From assembly GCA_036172245.1 (NCBI GenBank), contig JAYWIR010000032.1, positions 1,240,001-1,304,000 of the forward strand: a stretch of 64,000 bases of DNA. The letters are read 5' to 3'. Source of the DNA: Raillietiella orientalis (lineage: Eukaryota). The position numbers and the translations under genes are program-made. A model generated the notes under the pieces. It searched no databases and had not been told where the DNA came from. It worked only from the letters and a program-made list of their open reading frames with translations. Position 1 is the stretch's first letter, and the number at the start of each line of letters is the position of its first letter. Shown here one piece after another: positions 1 through 13,446 of the stretch.

Positions 1-160
1 CTCGGTTCTCTCTCCCGACGAGTCCTCTGCGTCTCCCGCGTGCGAGGCGGATTGAGTTCTTCGCGTGTCGTGAGGAGAGCGCGGAAAACCCGCAGGACTT
101 TGCACGCACGACTGCATCGCGCGTCCAGCCATTCCAAACGTGCTTTTTCTGCCAATCTTC

Positions 161-179
161 CGCGCGCGCGCGCGCGCGC
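161..179. repeat. (CG)9 alternating purine-pyrimidine tract
   Basis: cgcgcgcgcgcgcgcgcgc read directly. Confidence 0.95.
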
Positions 180-3100
180 TACGGGGCAGGCGGCAGCCGT
201 GGTGGTCCGCCATGCGCGCCCCAGCCGCCGGAAGACCACAGTCGAGGAACGAGGAAAACATCGGGAAAGCTCAAGAGAGTGCGTTTTGGCTTTCGCTACG
301 CCTCATTGACCGTCCAGGTCGCGCGCGCCTTCGGATTCGGCCCTTCCACCAGTGGGTCTTTTCACCCGAGCTCGGAGCGCAGCTCCGGGTTCGTCCACTC
401 ACGTATGGCGTGCGCGGGCAGGGTTTTTTCGGGGAGACGGGGAAGAGCAAAAGCGACTGAAAGGCACTACCAGAGTGGAATCGGCAGCTGCCAGTCTGAT
501 GGCGATGAGCGGGAGATCCCCTCCGCACCGTCTGCAGGCAGCGCCTCGTGGAAACGTGGCACCCGCCAAAACCAACCATCGAGAGCACTCCATGTTGATA
601 AGCGCAGAAGCCATTCGACCGGGGCAACAAAACGGCAAAAAAAATTCTCCTGCGCGTTCGAGGAAGTTATCGGCGGCTTGAGTTGGACTGGAGATAAGGC
701 CGGCCCTCCGAATGAGCAGGGGAGGGCAGAAGCATTCGTGACTTCGTGCCGCGGAACCCTGCAAAAAAAAAAAAAAAAGAGGAGGAAAGAAAGTGTTCCC
801 TCAATGCCGAGGAAACACGGAATGCTACAAGGCCCGCGTTCGGGAGGAGTCCTGTGGGGTAGGGTGGGGCTCCTTGGGAATGCGCGCTGCTGGCCGAAGA
901 GTCGCGCGCACGTGGACGAGGCCGTTCCCACAGTGCGGCAACACCACCTTCCTCCGCGGAAACGGACCGTGCAGAGAAACAGGGATCGCCCGCCAGAAGT
1001 CAGGAATGCTCCCGAGGAGCACGAAAAAAAAAAAAAACATACCAGCAAAGGAACCGGTGAGTCCTCAGCGGCAGACCCATTCATCCGGCATGCAGCTGCG
1101 CAGCAGGACGGATGGGTAGAGAAAAGATTTCCACCCTCCGGAAAGGAACGGTAGTGCATGAGGATACATGAGGGAACGTGGTGACCCTTTCGAGGCGTCC
1201 GGCACCCTGGCAGCCAGCCAGCCATGAGCGCTGCTCAGCGACGAAAGACGGGAAAGGAGAGGAAGAGGGAGAGCTCCCGAGCGACTGGGCCGGGAGATGG
1301 AAAAGCATGAAGGACGGGCAGACGCAGCGGCCATTCGGCGCGAAACACCGTCTGCGTCTCGAGGGGGGCGCGACCCAGCAGGAACGCTTGCTGCGCCGCG
1401 CACCAGACCGGAGGGAACCCGTGCTTGAAGGAGGAGGAGGAATCCGTCGGGAAGAGGTGAAGGGGACCGACAGGAGCCGCGCAAGCGCTCTTCCGAGGAG
1501 CGCACCCAGTGGAGACCCGCATCACGTGCTGCACGTCGTGCCGCCACTTTCCCGCGCGTGCTCACGCGCGGGAGGAGGGCGACGACGTGACGCAATGCCC
1601 CGCAGGAGGAGTCAACCGGCTGAGGACAGTACATGGGCGCACCGGAGGGCGTGTGGGCATGCGAAGCGAACGAAACGGGAGAGAACGGGTGCGTCATGCC
1701 CCGCAATCCTGGCAGGAGGGAACCTCCGTTCGCAGCCCGCCCGGATCGACGGGAAAGAAAAAGTCCCGGTTCCCATCGGACTTTCCACGGACGCGTCGCT
1801 TCCTCCAGAAAAAGCATCTTGCAGGCCCCTGCAAAGACGAGCACGAGACACGCAAGCACGCGGAAAGCAGATCCAGCATCACGCAAGGGCACAGCAGGCA
1901 CGGACGCCGCGGCCGCAGCGAGTGGAAACCACACGCAGCCTCGTCGTCACGGCATCGATCCGCCCGCTCTCCCTGGAGACGACTCGGAAGAGGCCTTAGA
2001 AATCGAAAGCGTTTCTTCCCTTTCCTCCTCCTCCTCCCCCCCCCCTCCCCCGCCGCTTCCCGAGGCGCACAAATCGGCGGGGACGACGGCGCGCACGCGC
2101 GTCGAATCTTCGCGGAGCGCACGCATCACCGCAGGAGGTGCCTCTGGCAGCCACGAGCCACACAGCTCAAGACACGGGAAAGGGAGAACTCAGACGGTCT
2201 GATGGGTGGTCCTCTCTCCTGCGCCGACTGGAAGGAGAGGAGGGAGGAAGCGAGCGCCAAACCCCCTCCCATGCGGTCCGCACCTTGGCGCGCGCGCACG
2301 GCCGCCGCGCGGTCCTCACGAGGCACCTGCCAAGGGGCCAGAGCTCGTACCCTTGCGCGCGTTTCTTCCTCCACCCCACCCCGATCACGAAACGTGAGAC
2401 TAGGTCATCACTTGCGGCCGGCTGTGGGTCGGATGATGAGGGAGACTACAGCAGCGGTGCGCACACGCCAGAAAAGAAATGCTGAGTCCCGGAGCACGAA
2501 AGGAAAAAAAAAAATACGCAAACAAACCCCGCACTGAAGGAAAAAACTGCAACATCTGCGACCGCCGCCCCCACCTCTTCCGCCACCCACGCGACGCGGA
2601 ACACCTTCCGGAGCGGCCACCCTTCGGTCCCCGAACTCCAAAGCAAAGGAGGGGTGAGGAAACCCTCATCCCAAGGAGCGAAACTCGGTTCAGATGGCCT
2701 ACTTTCGTGGGAAGGCGGCGGCGAACCCCCCTCGGCAGGGGGGGAGGGGTTCCGCGGCCCGAGGAAGGAAGACCTACGGCAGGGAGGAAAGTTCCCGAGC
2801 CTCTCTCCCTCTCTCTCTACCGGAGGCGACTGCGTTTCGAAGTTTCCGGAGAGGAATGGAAAAAAAAAAAAAACGCACCGCCTGGTCGACAAGCCGAAGC
2901 AAAAAAAAAAAAAAACGCGCGCTTCCCGCGCGCGCATCTTTCCGTTCACCGGGCAACGGCATCGTCCGACGCCGACCTACGCCTAATTCGATTCCCGTAA
3001 TGCCCTTCAGCATGCCATCCACTGGTCAATAAGGCTCTTCACGGCGAGCAACGATTCCCCGGGTCAAACTCTGGCACACGACGGGCAAGGAGGAAGATGT

Positions 3101-5075
3101 AAAGGAAAAAAAGACAAGGAACGGAGAGAAAGCACAGGCACACACCCAGAAAAGCTTACTCTTCTCTCTGAATGGGAAAAGGCGCTTCGGCAACACACAC
3201 AAGCAGAGGAGATGCGCCCGCTCCACCGCACCACGGCACAACTCGGACGCGGGCGACGTGGCGGCTCTTATTCGATTCCGGCCCTCGCCGCAGTGCGCAC
3301 GCGCGGGGCTGCGCGCGCCGACAGCCGCGCGGCGGCGCAGCGCGCTGCCGACACTCGCGAGGAGCGCGGCCGCGGTGAGGGCGCGCAGCTTTCGCCGCCG
3401 CGGTGGTGGTCCCTCCCTGCGGGATCGGAGCCCCTCGCTGCGCGAAGCGGCCGCCTCGTCCAACCCTGAGGTCCCAGCCGAAACCTGTTCCAGCCTCTTC
3501 CTTCCTTTTCTTTTTTTTCCTTCGCGCTCTCTCCCCGTCTTCGCTGCATCTCGTGGCAGGCGGAGTCGCGCCGGAAGTCAGTCCGAATTCTCCCCCCCCC
3601 TTTTCCTTGCAGCGTGCGTCCTCCTGCGGGATCGCGGCGGAACACCGAGCGGCCCTCGGCCAGCGCCTCTCCTTGCCCCCCTCCTCCTTACGCGCGCCGA
3701 TGCCACGCACGCACACACACGATCGATCGTCTCTCGGCGAAGATGTGTGCGGCCCCCGTGTGCCACTTTGCTGCACGAAGGCAGGGAGGGCCCTCGCGAT
3801 GTGACATCACAGCCACGAGCAGCCGCGACCTGGAACTGTGCTGGCCGCTTCCATCGCCGCGTCGGCGGGCCCAGCACCCTACGGGAGGCAAAAAGAGAGG
3901 AGGGAAAGAGGGGAGCGTGGGCGTTCCAACAGCATCAGCCCGCCTGTCTGGACCGACTCCTCCCCTCCCGCATCCGAGAGATATCGCCCGCATCCTCCTC
4001 GAGACATCCCTCCTAGGACTTCCAGACGGATGGCGCCACCGTCGGCGCGCGAGCGCGCTCGTGGAGGTCGTCGCCGTCCGGTTGGCTTGATGGGAGAGGG
4101 GGCAGGACTCGACGGCCCTGCAGAGCTCCGGCACGAAGAAAACGCCCTCCGGCAACTGTTCGCGAGCTCCGGACGCCGGACACCTCCAACTGCCGGTTAG
4201 AGCGGTGTGCCCGATCTTCTCGGCGAGGAAGGACGGAGCGAGAATTCCTGTTCGAGTGGGCGTCCCCCTCCCCTCCTTGTCTGGATAGGGGATGTACGGA
4301 TAGAGAGGACGCTGAGCCGGAAAGCCTCCCGCTCCCTAGGGCGCCAGTTCCTGCCGACCCGTGGCTCGGGTCGGAAGAGAGGGGTTCCCACCACTCTGGA
4401 TGTGCTGCCTCTAGCGGAGGAGGTCGGCAAGGCCATCGGGCGGAACTCCGGGACGGCAGCGAAGGTGTCGACCCGAGGAAGGCGCGCGGGGGTAGAACCG
4501 GGGCGGCCCCGCTTCCTTCGGCGCCAAGGAACCGCCCGCCCCCCTCGGCAGAGCTGGGCCGCCGGCACGAGGGGCGAGGAGGAGGAACGTCCGCGGTCAG
4601 GCGCGCGCTAGCGCGTCGTCTCCGTCGTCGCGAACTTCTCTCCGCCGCCGCGTTTCCGCCGAGGGCGCGCGAGCAGCAGCGCGGCGGACCACCGGGCGCG
4701 CTGGAACAGCAGCAGCAGCAGCGCGCGCTCTTCTCCGTCTTCGCCTCCCTCCTTCGCGCGTCCCTCGCAGAACGGCGGAAGTTACCCCCCCCCCTCCCCT
4801 CCCGCGACTCGGAGCGCGCGCCCGCGCAGGACTCCTCGTCTCACCTTTGATCCCTGCGATAAAAATTTTTATCGGGGTTCGGCACCGCGACCCGGGCGCA
4901 GTGCGACGGTGCTGCTCCAGGCCGCGCGATGGGCGCACGACGGAGGTTCGTATGGTGTTGCCTTCCCTGGGGAAACGAGGGGGGGGGGAGCGGGTGGATC
5001 GCGCGCGAGGGGCCTCTCTCCTCCTCCTCCTTCCCCCTTCTCCGAACGCGCAGGAGGAGGAGGAAAGGGCGGAGG

Positions 5076-8000
5076 ATGAACACGTCCTCCCACCAGATTC
5101 CCGACCCTGGCTGCCTTCCTCTTCCTCATCGCGGCCTTGACGCGGTCGTCCCGCATGGAGGACTCCCAGCCCAAGGACGACGCGAACCTCCCGGGGATCT
5201 GCGGACCGTGCAGCTGCAAGCGAGGGGACCACTACCTGGTGGACTGCTCCGGGCGCGACCTGACCATCTTCCCCGCCGAGTCCGGATGGGCCGAAGTCCC
5301 GGACAAGCTCAGCTCCCTGTACCTCTACCTGGACGACAACAGCCTGACGTTCGTCCCGCGGATGTCCAAGCCGCGCTCTTTGACCCACCTCTCCCTGAGG
5401 CACAACTACATCGACACCATCGCCAGCAAGGCCTTCTGCGACCTGCGAAACCTCACAGTCCTCGACCTGGCGTACAACAGCCTCGACACGGAGGCCCTGC
5501 AGAAGGAAGTGTTCGAGGGCCCATTCAGCAAGGAGGCCTACCAGCAGCTCGACCTGGTCAAGCTCGACCTCTCCTACAACAAGGTAGGGGGGACCCTGCG
5601 AAGTCGCGCGGGCGCTCCTCAAGGTTAACTTTCCTCCGGCGCAGGTCGCAGCGCTTTTGCGATGAGAGTCTCGGCGTCCGACAGAGGCGCACCCGCGATC
5701 GTTCGCGCCATCGCGGGGACAGTCCCGGAAGCTGGTAACCACCGTCCGCGCCCCGGTCTCCCTCGGAAACTCGACGCTTCCCGCGAAGTGCGCGCGCGTG
5801 TGCGCAGAGGGGAAGGGGGAGGAACGCGTTCACGCCCTCCACGAGACCCTCCCTATCCCACCCCGCCTCTGTTTCCCGCCGACTTCCAGAGACAGGGTTG
5901 CGAAACGGCACGCGGGCGCGCCTGGGAGGGAGGAAGGGCGGCGACGCGCTCCTCAGCATCTTACCGCATCCTGCTCTTGGGCGCGCGCGCGCGATGTTTG
6001 CATCTTCAAGAGCGACCGTCCCCCGACGCTTGACACTCGTCCTGCACGCTGGGCCGAGCAGCTGATAACAAGAAATGCACACCCTGATTGCGGTGCACTC
6101 CAAAGATATTCCACAGGAAGCCTACGGTCCGACTTTCTCGCCCTTATCGATCGGACCAAGGACAGACAACAATGCCGCGCGGCGGCGCCCACCGCGAGCC
6201 TACATTGTTGCGCAGCGCTACTTGGTGCGCAACAATGAAGGATCGGCACGCACAAAGTGTGCTGCCGGTGTGCGCTCGCACGTTTGTACGTGTGTGTGTG
6301 TGTGTGTGTGTTCGAGCAGCACGCATCGGTGTTCGCGTGAACCGTGCTACACGGCATCGGAGGACCGAGAGATGTCCTTCTGCTCTCGAAATGCTCAAGG
6401 GCGTGACACGGCTAGATAGACTGACACGGTTACTCTCGCGGGTGGGACACGGGAGCGCCAACTAGACAAAGTTGGACTTCACGGAATCGCCACCAGCAGT
6501 ACCCGGGAGGGATACTTTGGCGACCGCGGCTCACCTTTTTTTCTTTTCTTCTGCTGAAAAAGAGTCGCCTTCTGTGATGCACGCAGCCTGAGCTCGGCCT
6601 CAAGGCGTTCGGTCGCCTCCTCCTTGGTCCAAGGCTTTGAAACCACAGCTTCCCCGTGGGGTTCGCATTTCTTATTCATAGCAACCCGTGTAACGTTCTG
6701 TTCTTCGGCAACCATTGGTGAAAGCCCAAGAAGCGTGGTGGGGCAGAAAGTGGGGAGACACCTATTCGAGAACTTGAGCTTTCGTGCGTGTGCGCTGTGA
6801 ATTTCTCAAACGAAACGGAGTTGGCTTCACGTCGTTGTGGCCGTGCAATCGCGTTCTCAGGTACAGATGGTCCGGATGCTGCGTGACATCCCGTGTCGAC
6901 TGATCGCTTTGGATCGAGACGAGAGCGTTTCGACAAAACCGTCAGGTCGTCACGTTTTAGTTGGTGCTGCTGGCCGCCATTCCATCGGGGAGGGGAAAAA
7001 AAAAAAAAAAAAGTTGTCGGAGCATGGAAGGCAACGGTGTATGTAATCATCTGCTGAGGGGGAGGGGGGGAAGAGATGTAACTGTGAGCAATCTTGCAGT
7101 ACTGCCTTTGTGACGTTTGCATTTTCCCGTGTTCGACGGTCGACGGTTTCGCGCCCCGATGATGGTTTCCGAAGAGAGCGACCATGCTCCTCGTCCTTGG
7201 TCGAAGGATTAAGCCACAGGAGCTTCCCAGAAAGGATGGGCGTGGAGCGTGCTCGCACAGCGCACGTAAGCAGACGGAACCCGCATTGCGCTGCGGCGGG
7301 TCCAGGAACCCGGATTTTTGTACCCAGGAAATTTTCCTTGAACAGCTGCTCATCTGTCGTAAAAGTGGATTCACGTGAGAGCGGGCATGGCTTCCAGCAG
7401 TTTCCGTTTCGCGAAGCACTGATCCTGGTTCCCTGCCTCTCGCTCTTCGCCCGCGCACGCGATCTGGAGACGCGCGGGGGATTTTCTTCCTGCGGGAAAT
7501 TCCTCGAGTTTTTCCTCCTTTCCGCGACCTCCTGTTCCAACTGGGTTCTGGTTTCCATCTAAAGACCCTTTCCCACATTAACAGGCGAGCCTTGCCGAGT
7601 AGTGGGGGATCCTAGGGCCTCGGGCCAAGGGAAACTGACGGGAGGGGAATCTGCTGCACGCATATAGGGACGCTCTCCGGAGAGCGGAGTACGCGCGCTG
7701 ACTGAAGCAACGGACTCTTCTGGGCGGAGGAGAGCGGCAAATGCTCTCTCTCTCTATTTCGTTTTCTCTCTTCAGCTCCCAACGCGGTTGCGATAGCGTG
7801 CGCGATGAGAGCCTTCTTAGATCGATCTGTGGCTTGCGCGACCGATATCCCGCCCGTATCTCCCCCGCGCGCCGGTGGTGCTGGCCGACAGAACAACCTC
7901 TCTCTCTCCCGGTTCCAGCTGCACTCCTTGTCCAAGGACACGTTCGACCACATCGAGAAGCTCCAGGAGCTCGTCCTGGACGGGAACCTGTTCAAGGTCA

Positions 8001-10073
8001 TAGACCACCAGACCTCCATCGCTCTGACCACCCTGATGAACCTACGCTCGCTGTCGCTGGCCAACATGATGCTCTCGGAGTTCCCGTCTACCTTCTTCAG
8101 CTCCTTCAAAAAGCTCTCCGTGCTGAACCTCACCAACAACAAATTCACGGTGGTTCCCCCACAGCTATTCTTCTCCAGCAGCCTCACGTCCTTGACCCTC
8201 AACGGGAATCCCATCACGCAACTGGATAGGATCTCTTTCACGGTATCTGAAGTCCTCCGCCTCCCCTTTCCTCGTGGCAGCGGTGGACGTGTGTGTGTCG
8301 CCCTCAGGGGATCTCAAACCTCAGGAAGCTGTACATGAAGGATATGCCGGAGCTGAGGTACATCGGCGAAGAGAGCCTAGGGCAGCTCGACAAGCTGGAG
8401 ATCCTCTACTGCTCCTACAACCCCAAGCTCTCCACCATCCACCCGCTGGCCTTCCAGAACCCCTTCACCAACATCTCCATGCTGCGCGAGGTCCACTTGC
8501 GCAACAACAGCCTCAAGAGCCTGGACCCTTCCCTAATGCCGTGGAAGCAGCTGAGCGTCTTCGACGTCCAGGAGAACCCTTTCACCTGCGACTGCCGCAT
8601 CAAATGGATGTTCGACTGGCTGCTCCACGACATGCTGAACAAGCTGCCGCAGGAGACCCTGCTGCTGCGGTGAGTTTTTGCGCGCGCTCGGCCCGGCCAC
8701 CTACCTACCACCGCTCCCTCTCAGTCTCGAGGGTGGCTCTCCACTCTTCCAGGAAGGGGATTACCCCCGGGGCTCGGCAGGCAAGCGAGGAAGCAAGTGG
8801 TGAGGGTGACCAGGCAAGCTCACCGCGCCGCTTGCCTCCGCGCCAGACTGACGCATGCGTGCGCGATGACCGTCTGGCAGTCGGAGCTCTGGTTTCGTTC
8901 AGATTAAGCGAAAGAGGGGGGGGGGGAGTAAGGTTGTCACGGCTCCTCCTAGTGCTTTTAGGGGACCCTACCCAACGTGCGAAGGGGGACGTCCCCAGTA
9001 AGGAATCAGCGCTACCGCACATGAATAGGGGAAATGTGGCTGCCGCTGCTGTTATCGTCTTGAGTGAGGGGTTTTGTGTCACCCCTCCCCTTCCCCCAAT
9101 GCTGTTTAATTGATTTCAGCGGTTCATTTCCCAACCTCGAAAGGGGGAGAGTCCGATCCCTCCTTCGCATTCAGGATCTCTCCACGAGGTTGATACGGAG
9201 AGTTTGAGGCACCCACGGAGGTGTTCCTCCCCCTGATCTCAACCGTCCGCTTCCAGGAATCCGTTCCTTGCTCTCAAGCGCCCTTTGGAGGTGCGGATGC
9301 TCCTCTTCGCCTGTTCGCGCCCACGTAATCCTCCTTCTCTCCTCGAAAACCGGCGCTGCGTGGGAGCAGAAGACGAGAAGTCGGTAGAGAGAGATTTACT
9401 GAGGCGTGTGGGTAGAGATCGGGAGGCCACGGAGACGGGGTGAACTTCTCTTCCTGCCCAGGACCGAAGTTCTGGAAACTCTCCCGTGGTCCCTGCACAA
9501 CCACCCTGACATGACTCCAGGAGCTATGGGCGTAGGGGCGAAAGATGAATCTCGCAGTTGGTTCCCTCAGGACAGCTGGCGCTCGCCGAAGCGGGAAAGG
9601 GAGAAAATGTAAAGCGGGGTTCGATGGGTGGGCTGTGGATGATTGCCTTGGGGTCCGATCTATCCTCAAAGTTTTAATGGATCAGAAGTTCGGCCTGCTT
9701 GAACGCCCGAAGCTCGTACTGCCTGCTCACAACCCCCCCCCCTTATGGGGGGCTCAGTCTGGAAAACAGGAACTGTGTTGCTGGAGGGACGCTGAACTTA
9801 CTGCTCCTGATGCAGAACGCCCATCGGATTCCACGACAAAGATGCTGGCGGTTGGTGTGACGGCAAACAGTGGGGTGTCGGAATCTGCGACGACTCGCCT
9901 GCCGAAGCAGCCGGCGGCTCTCGTGCGTCGGGCCTGGGGCCGACAGGCGGAGCGGAGGCGCCGCTCCTGCCCTCCGTCCGTCCGTCGTTGGTTCCTGGCG
10001 AGTAGGAGCATCGCGGCGCTCGCTCGCTCGGAAGCGCCATCGGCGCTGATCTCGACGGTGGTAGCAAGCACTC

Positions 10074-10110
<37 letters not shown>

Positions 10111-10746
10111 TTGGAGGTCTGATGTGGTGGGGGAAGGGAGGAGGTCGCCACGGGAAAACGACCTTCGGCGTGATTTCTTTCTTCTCTTTGCGCGCCGCGA
10201 GCGCGGCGTTGCCCCGGGGGAGAAAACCCGCAAGGTGGAGGAGGCTGGCATCTCTGCATCAGGAGGAGGAGAGACCCCGCTCGCCGCGAGATCTCTGCGC
10301 CGTGGCGCCTGCTCGAGACCTGCGCCCTCCGGGAAGAGAACTTCGCCTCCCGCGCCCGCTTGCGGCGGCAGGACAAGCGGCAACTGACCTCTTGCTGTGA
10401 GACCCTGACGTTTTCTTTTTGTTTTTTTTTTTCCTTTCCCAGGTGCGCATCTCCCCCGTCCGTGGCAGGGGTGTTCATGGTACAGGTGCCCATGAGCGTT
10501 CTGGACGTTTGTCTGACCCAAGAGAACGCCACTTCCAGACACGGCGTCCGCTTCCACCACCTCTCGTACACGATCCCCAGCCAGGCCAACCTGGTCGCCG
10601 TCCTCTTACTGACCACCCTGGCCATCGTGGTCACGGTGGCGGGCATCATGTGGACGAAGAGGAAGAAGATAGGGGAAGCGTACGTCGCCAGGCAGCAGGT
10701 GCGCTACCGGAAAGCGCGTATGGAGGACGAATACGTGGACGTGTGA
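5076..10746 (+). CDS. Leucine-rich-repeat single-pass transmembrane protein (signal peptide, LRRNT, LRRs, LRRCT, TM, short tail), about 500 aa
   Basis: Exons 5076-5583, 7919-8242, 8308-8669, 10443-10746, all GT-AG with matching phases (0,0,2). Signal-like PTLAAFLFLIAAL; LRRNT CGPCSC..VDCS; repeated LxxLxLxxNxL; LRRCT NPFTCDC..W...RCASPP; TM LVAVLLLTTLAIVVTVAGIMW; ends EYVDV*. The ATG at 5076 is one base out of frame with the rest of exon 1 (see findings). Confidence 0.9.
6290..6311. repeat. (GT)n microsatellite in LRR intron 1
   Basis: Direct read. Confidence 0.9.
10077..10107. repeat. (AG)n microsatellite in LRR intron 3
   Basis: Direct read. Confidence 0.9.
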
Positions 10747-11049
10747 CGGCGTCCCGGTCCAGGGATCCCGGAGGATAAAAATAATAATAATAAAGCCCGT
10801 TATTTTGTAGGCGGATGCGGCTCCAGGTCCGGGATGCCATCCTCTTCTCTCCCCCTCTCATGCCATGCCACGCCCACCGTTCTCAGGAAGGTCGCCCTGG
10901 CTGTGCCTGGCGTGGGAAGGAGCGCAGCCTCTCCTCCCACCCTTCACGCGCGCTTGGAGGCTCAGGGCTCCTTCGGTTGCGCGCCCTCTGCCTCCGGGAT
11001 TCGCGCACGCGTCGAGGTTGTTCCTAGTCACCGACCCCCTCCTCCTTGC

Positions 11050-11800
11050 TGCTAGGGGATCGTCACCCTCCAACAAATGCGACCCCTGGATGCTTCAGCG
11101 TTGGGAGGCAGGGACATTGCTGGAAAAGCCCATGGACCCGCTGCGATGAGGCGGTGGCCAGGTCATCGAAGCCCGCAGAGAGCTCTCCCGAGGTGACCCT
11201 TCCTTCCTTCCCCCAGTCCGGACAGCAAATTCTCCGAGCGCCCCGCGCTGCCGCTGTGGAACGCTTGGAGGCGTTGCTGACGCCACTTGCAGCCGCCAGA
11301 GCCCCGATGAGCCTCTGCCGGGATCCACGGACCCGATACGGACTTGAAGGAGGGAGGACCTGGGGAAGGGGCACGGGTGTTGAAGGGAAGCGGGCGGAGC
11401 CGGTGAAGCCGGTGCTGACCACGTGACCCCGCTGCGTGGTTGCCCCGGCACACATCCCGCCTTTTGCACGCCCGTCTCCGCGCAACTCTCGCGCGGGAAC
11501 CAGCCGGCCTCCGAGGCTCCCCGGACGGCGTCAGCGTCCACTTCGCCGCATCTCCAAGTCCCTCACGCTGAGAGCAAAGTGTGCAGATCGGGCAGGAAAG
11601 CTCGACCTCCATGATCCCTCCCGTCGAATGAACTCAGGAAGCCGCACTGCCAAATCCCGGATTAAGTTCCCGAAGCACACGAGAGAAGCACCCGCAAGGG
11701 CCACCTCAGATACTCCGTTTCTCTATGTGAAGTGGGGTCGAGATCCGGAAAAAACACTTCCTAAAGGCACGGAAAGTCCACCTTGGTAAGCTGCCCACGA
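11050..11800 (+). mobile_element. Possible decayed L1/Tx1-type RT fragment
   Basis: AGKAHGP (about 11118) resembles GKAPGPDG; KPVL..PG near 11405-11450 resembles the pre-RT segment; frame broken. Confidence 0.35.
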
Positions 11801-13446
11801 AAGAATGTTATGTTACCAGCCTTTTCGGATCGAAAATTCACTGGATGTGACTGAAGGTTTCTCTGCACCTCGTTTTCTCGGAACCTAAACGTGTTGCTTA
11901 GCTACGTGGAAGGGCACCACATTTTCCCTTCATATCGTCACAACGAGCCACCGCTTCCTTCTACCATGTCTGTTTCTTCCTACCTCCACCTTTGCCCTTT
12001 GTCTCGATTGTTTTCAAACTGTTCTGATGCTTTAAAATGAGCTCCACATTCAAGCTTTTCACTGTTACACAAACTTCCTGCATCAAGCTGATGTGCATGC
12101 CAACTGACTTTGCCCCTACTGCAAGCAACAGATCAGTCTGTCTTGTTCTTTAGTGACTCCTCGGCAAACCCAGGTGTACTCTTTTGACTGACCTCTCACC
12201 AGCTCATAAAGAACTTGAAACTTTGTCCAACACGGCCTATTCATTTCTGTTTTTTCCCTGAAGATAGCTACTGTAATGTCAGTGATCAAATATCAACTAT
12301 CCCATACCTCTCTCGTAGGTGCGACCTGAAACCAAAAAAGTCACTCAAAACGATTGCGGCCACAATGCAATACCAAGGATATTGCACCCGCACTTATTAC
12401 TTTGTAAAAAACTCGCGGTTCCTAGCAAATCCGCAGTAGTTCACTGGTTTCAAAGTGCAGTCTTCAAGTCTACGCTCAGCTCCAAGCCTTTTTCTTTCAT
12501 GGACGAAGTTCTTGTTTCACGTTTCGAAAATGATTTTTCAACGCTGTCTTTGAAAACGGGGTTTGATCGATCACCTGGGCAGTTTACATTCACTGACGAA
12601 ATACATTCCATGTGGTTCAAGGCTTAAAGCTTTAGGATGGCACATAGAGCGTTAAGCGTGATTCCATGATGTCCGTAGTGATGTCTATGAAAACATGGAT
12701 TGACATTTAATTTGGGACGAAACGTAAGGCTGTTAGGTGCCGATTTTACTGATCATCACACACCCTAATAACTCTTCCTAATAAATCACATTAGAATCGA
12801 AAGTTTTCATTTCTTTCGCAAGAATAAAACAGGAACGTATACAGAAGCTAAAAAAAATAGCAGTCCTAAGAATTAACACATCATAGATTAGTATCGTAGG
12901 TGTGAAGAAACAAAAATCCTTCATGACAGCCTTTGCGGCTTTTCACATAAATTAATATATTGCTGTTTATCAAAGTGCATCTTGTAATATATGAACGTAT
13001 ATATACACAGCTACATAATTATTTTGCATGCACACGCAATAATCCTACGCACACTCACTATTGAAGAATGGAATGCACTCACCATGTACAAAAAATCCTT
13101 ACTTTCTTTATATCCATTTATTCCGATCTTTGAAAAATGTATTCCATCAAAGTTTTGTGACAATTTGAATACAATTTTTAGGAAAACCTCAGGAAGAAAC
13201 ATTGGGATAAATAATATGGGAACAAAAGAAACCCAAATCTGATGTTACTTATTGATGATCATACAAGATGAATCTCGAATGCTTGTGGAATTGTTGAATT
13301 TAAATAAGGAAGCATTCGGTTTTGAAACGGTATTGAAGGATTTCTGTTGTCTCAGTTAGTTAGGGCAGTTCTGGTTGTTATCAGATGTTTGCTTACTTGT
13401 GGGTTTGGTACCTGTGAAAGCTGACTATTTATTAAACAAACTAAAA

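Noticed and set aside
40..4900. Many overlapping 100-340 aa ORFs on both strands
   Set aside because: Arg/Pro/Ala-rich, run through poly-A tracts, no recognisable domains; expected from high GC.
4597..5742. 381-aa minus-strand ORF
   Set aside because: Antisense shadow of the GC3-rich LRR exon 1.
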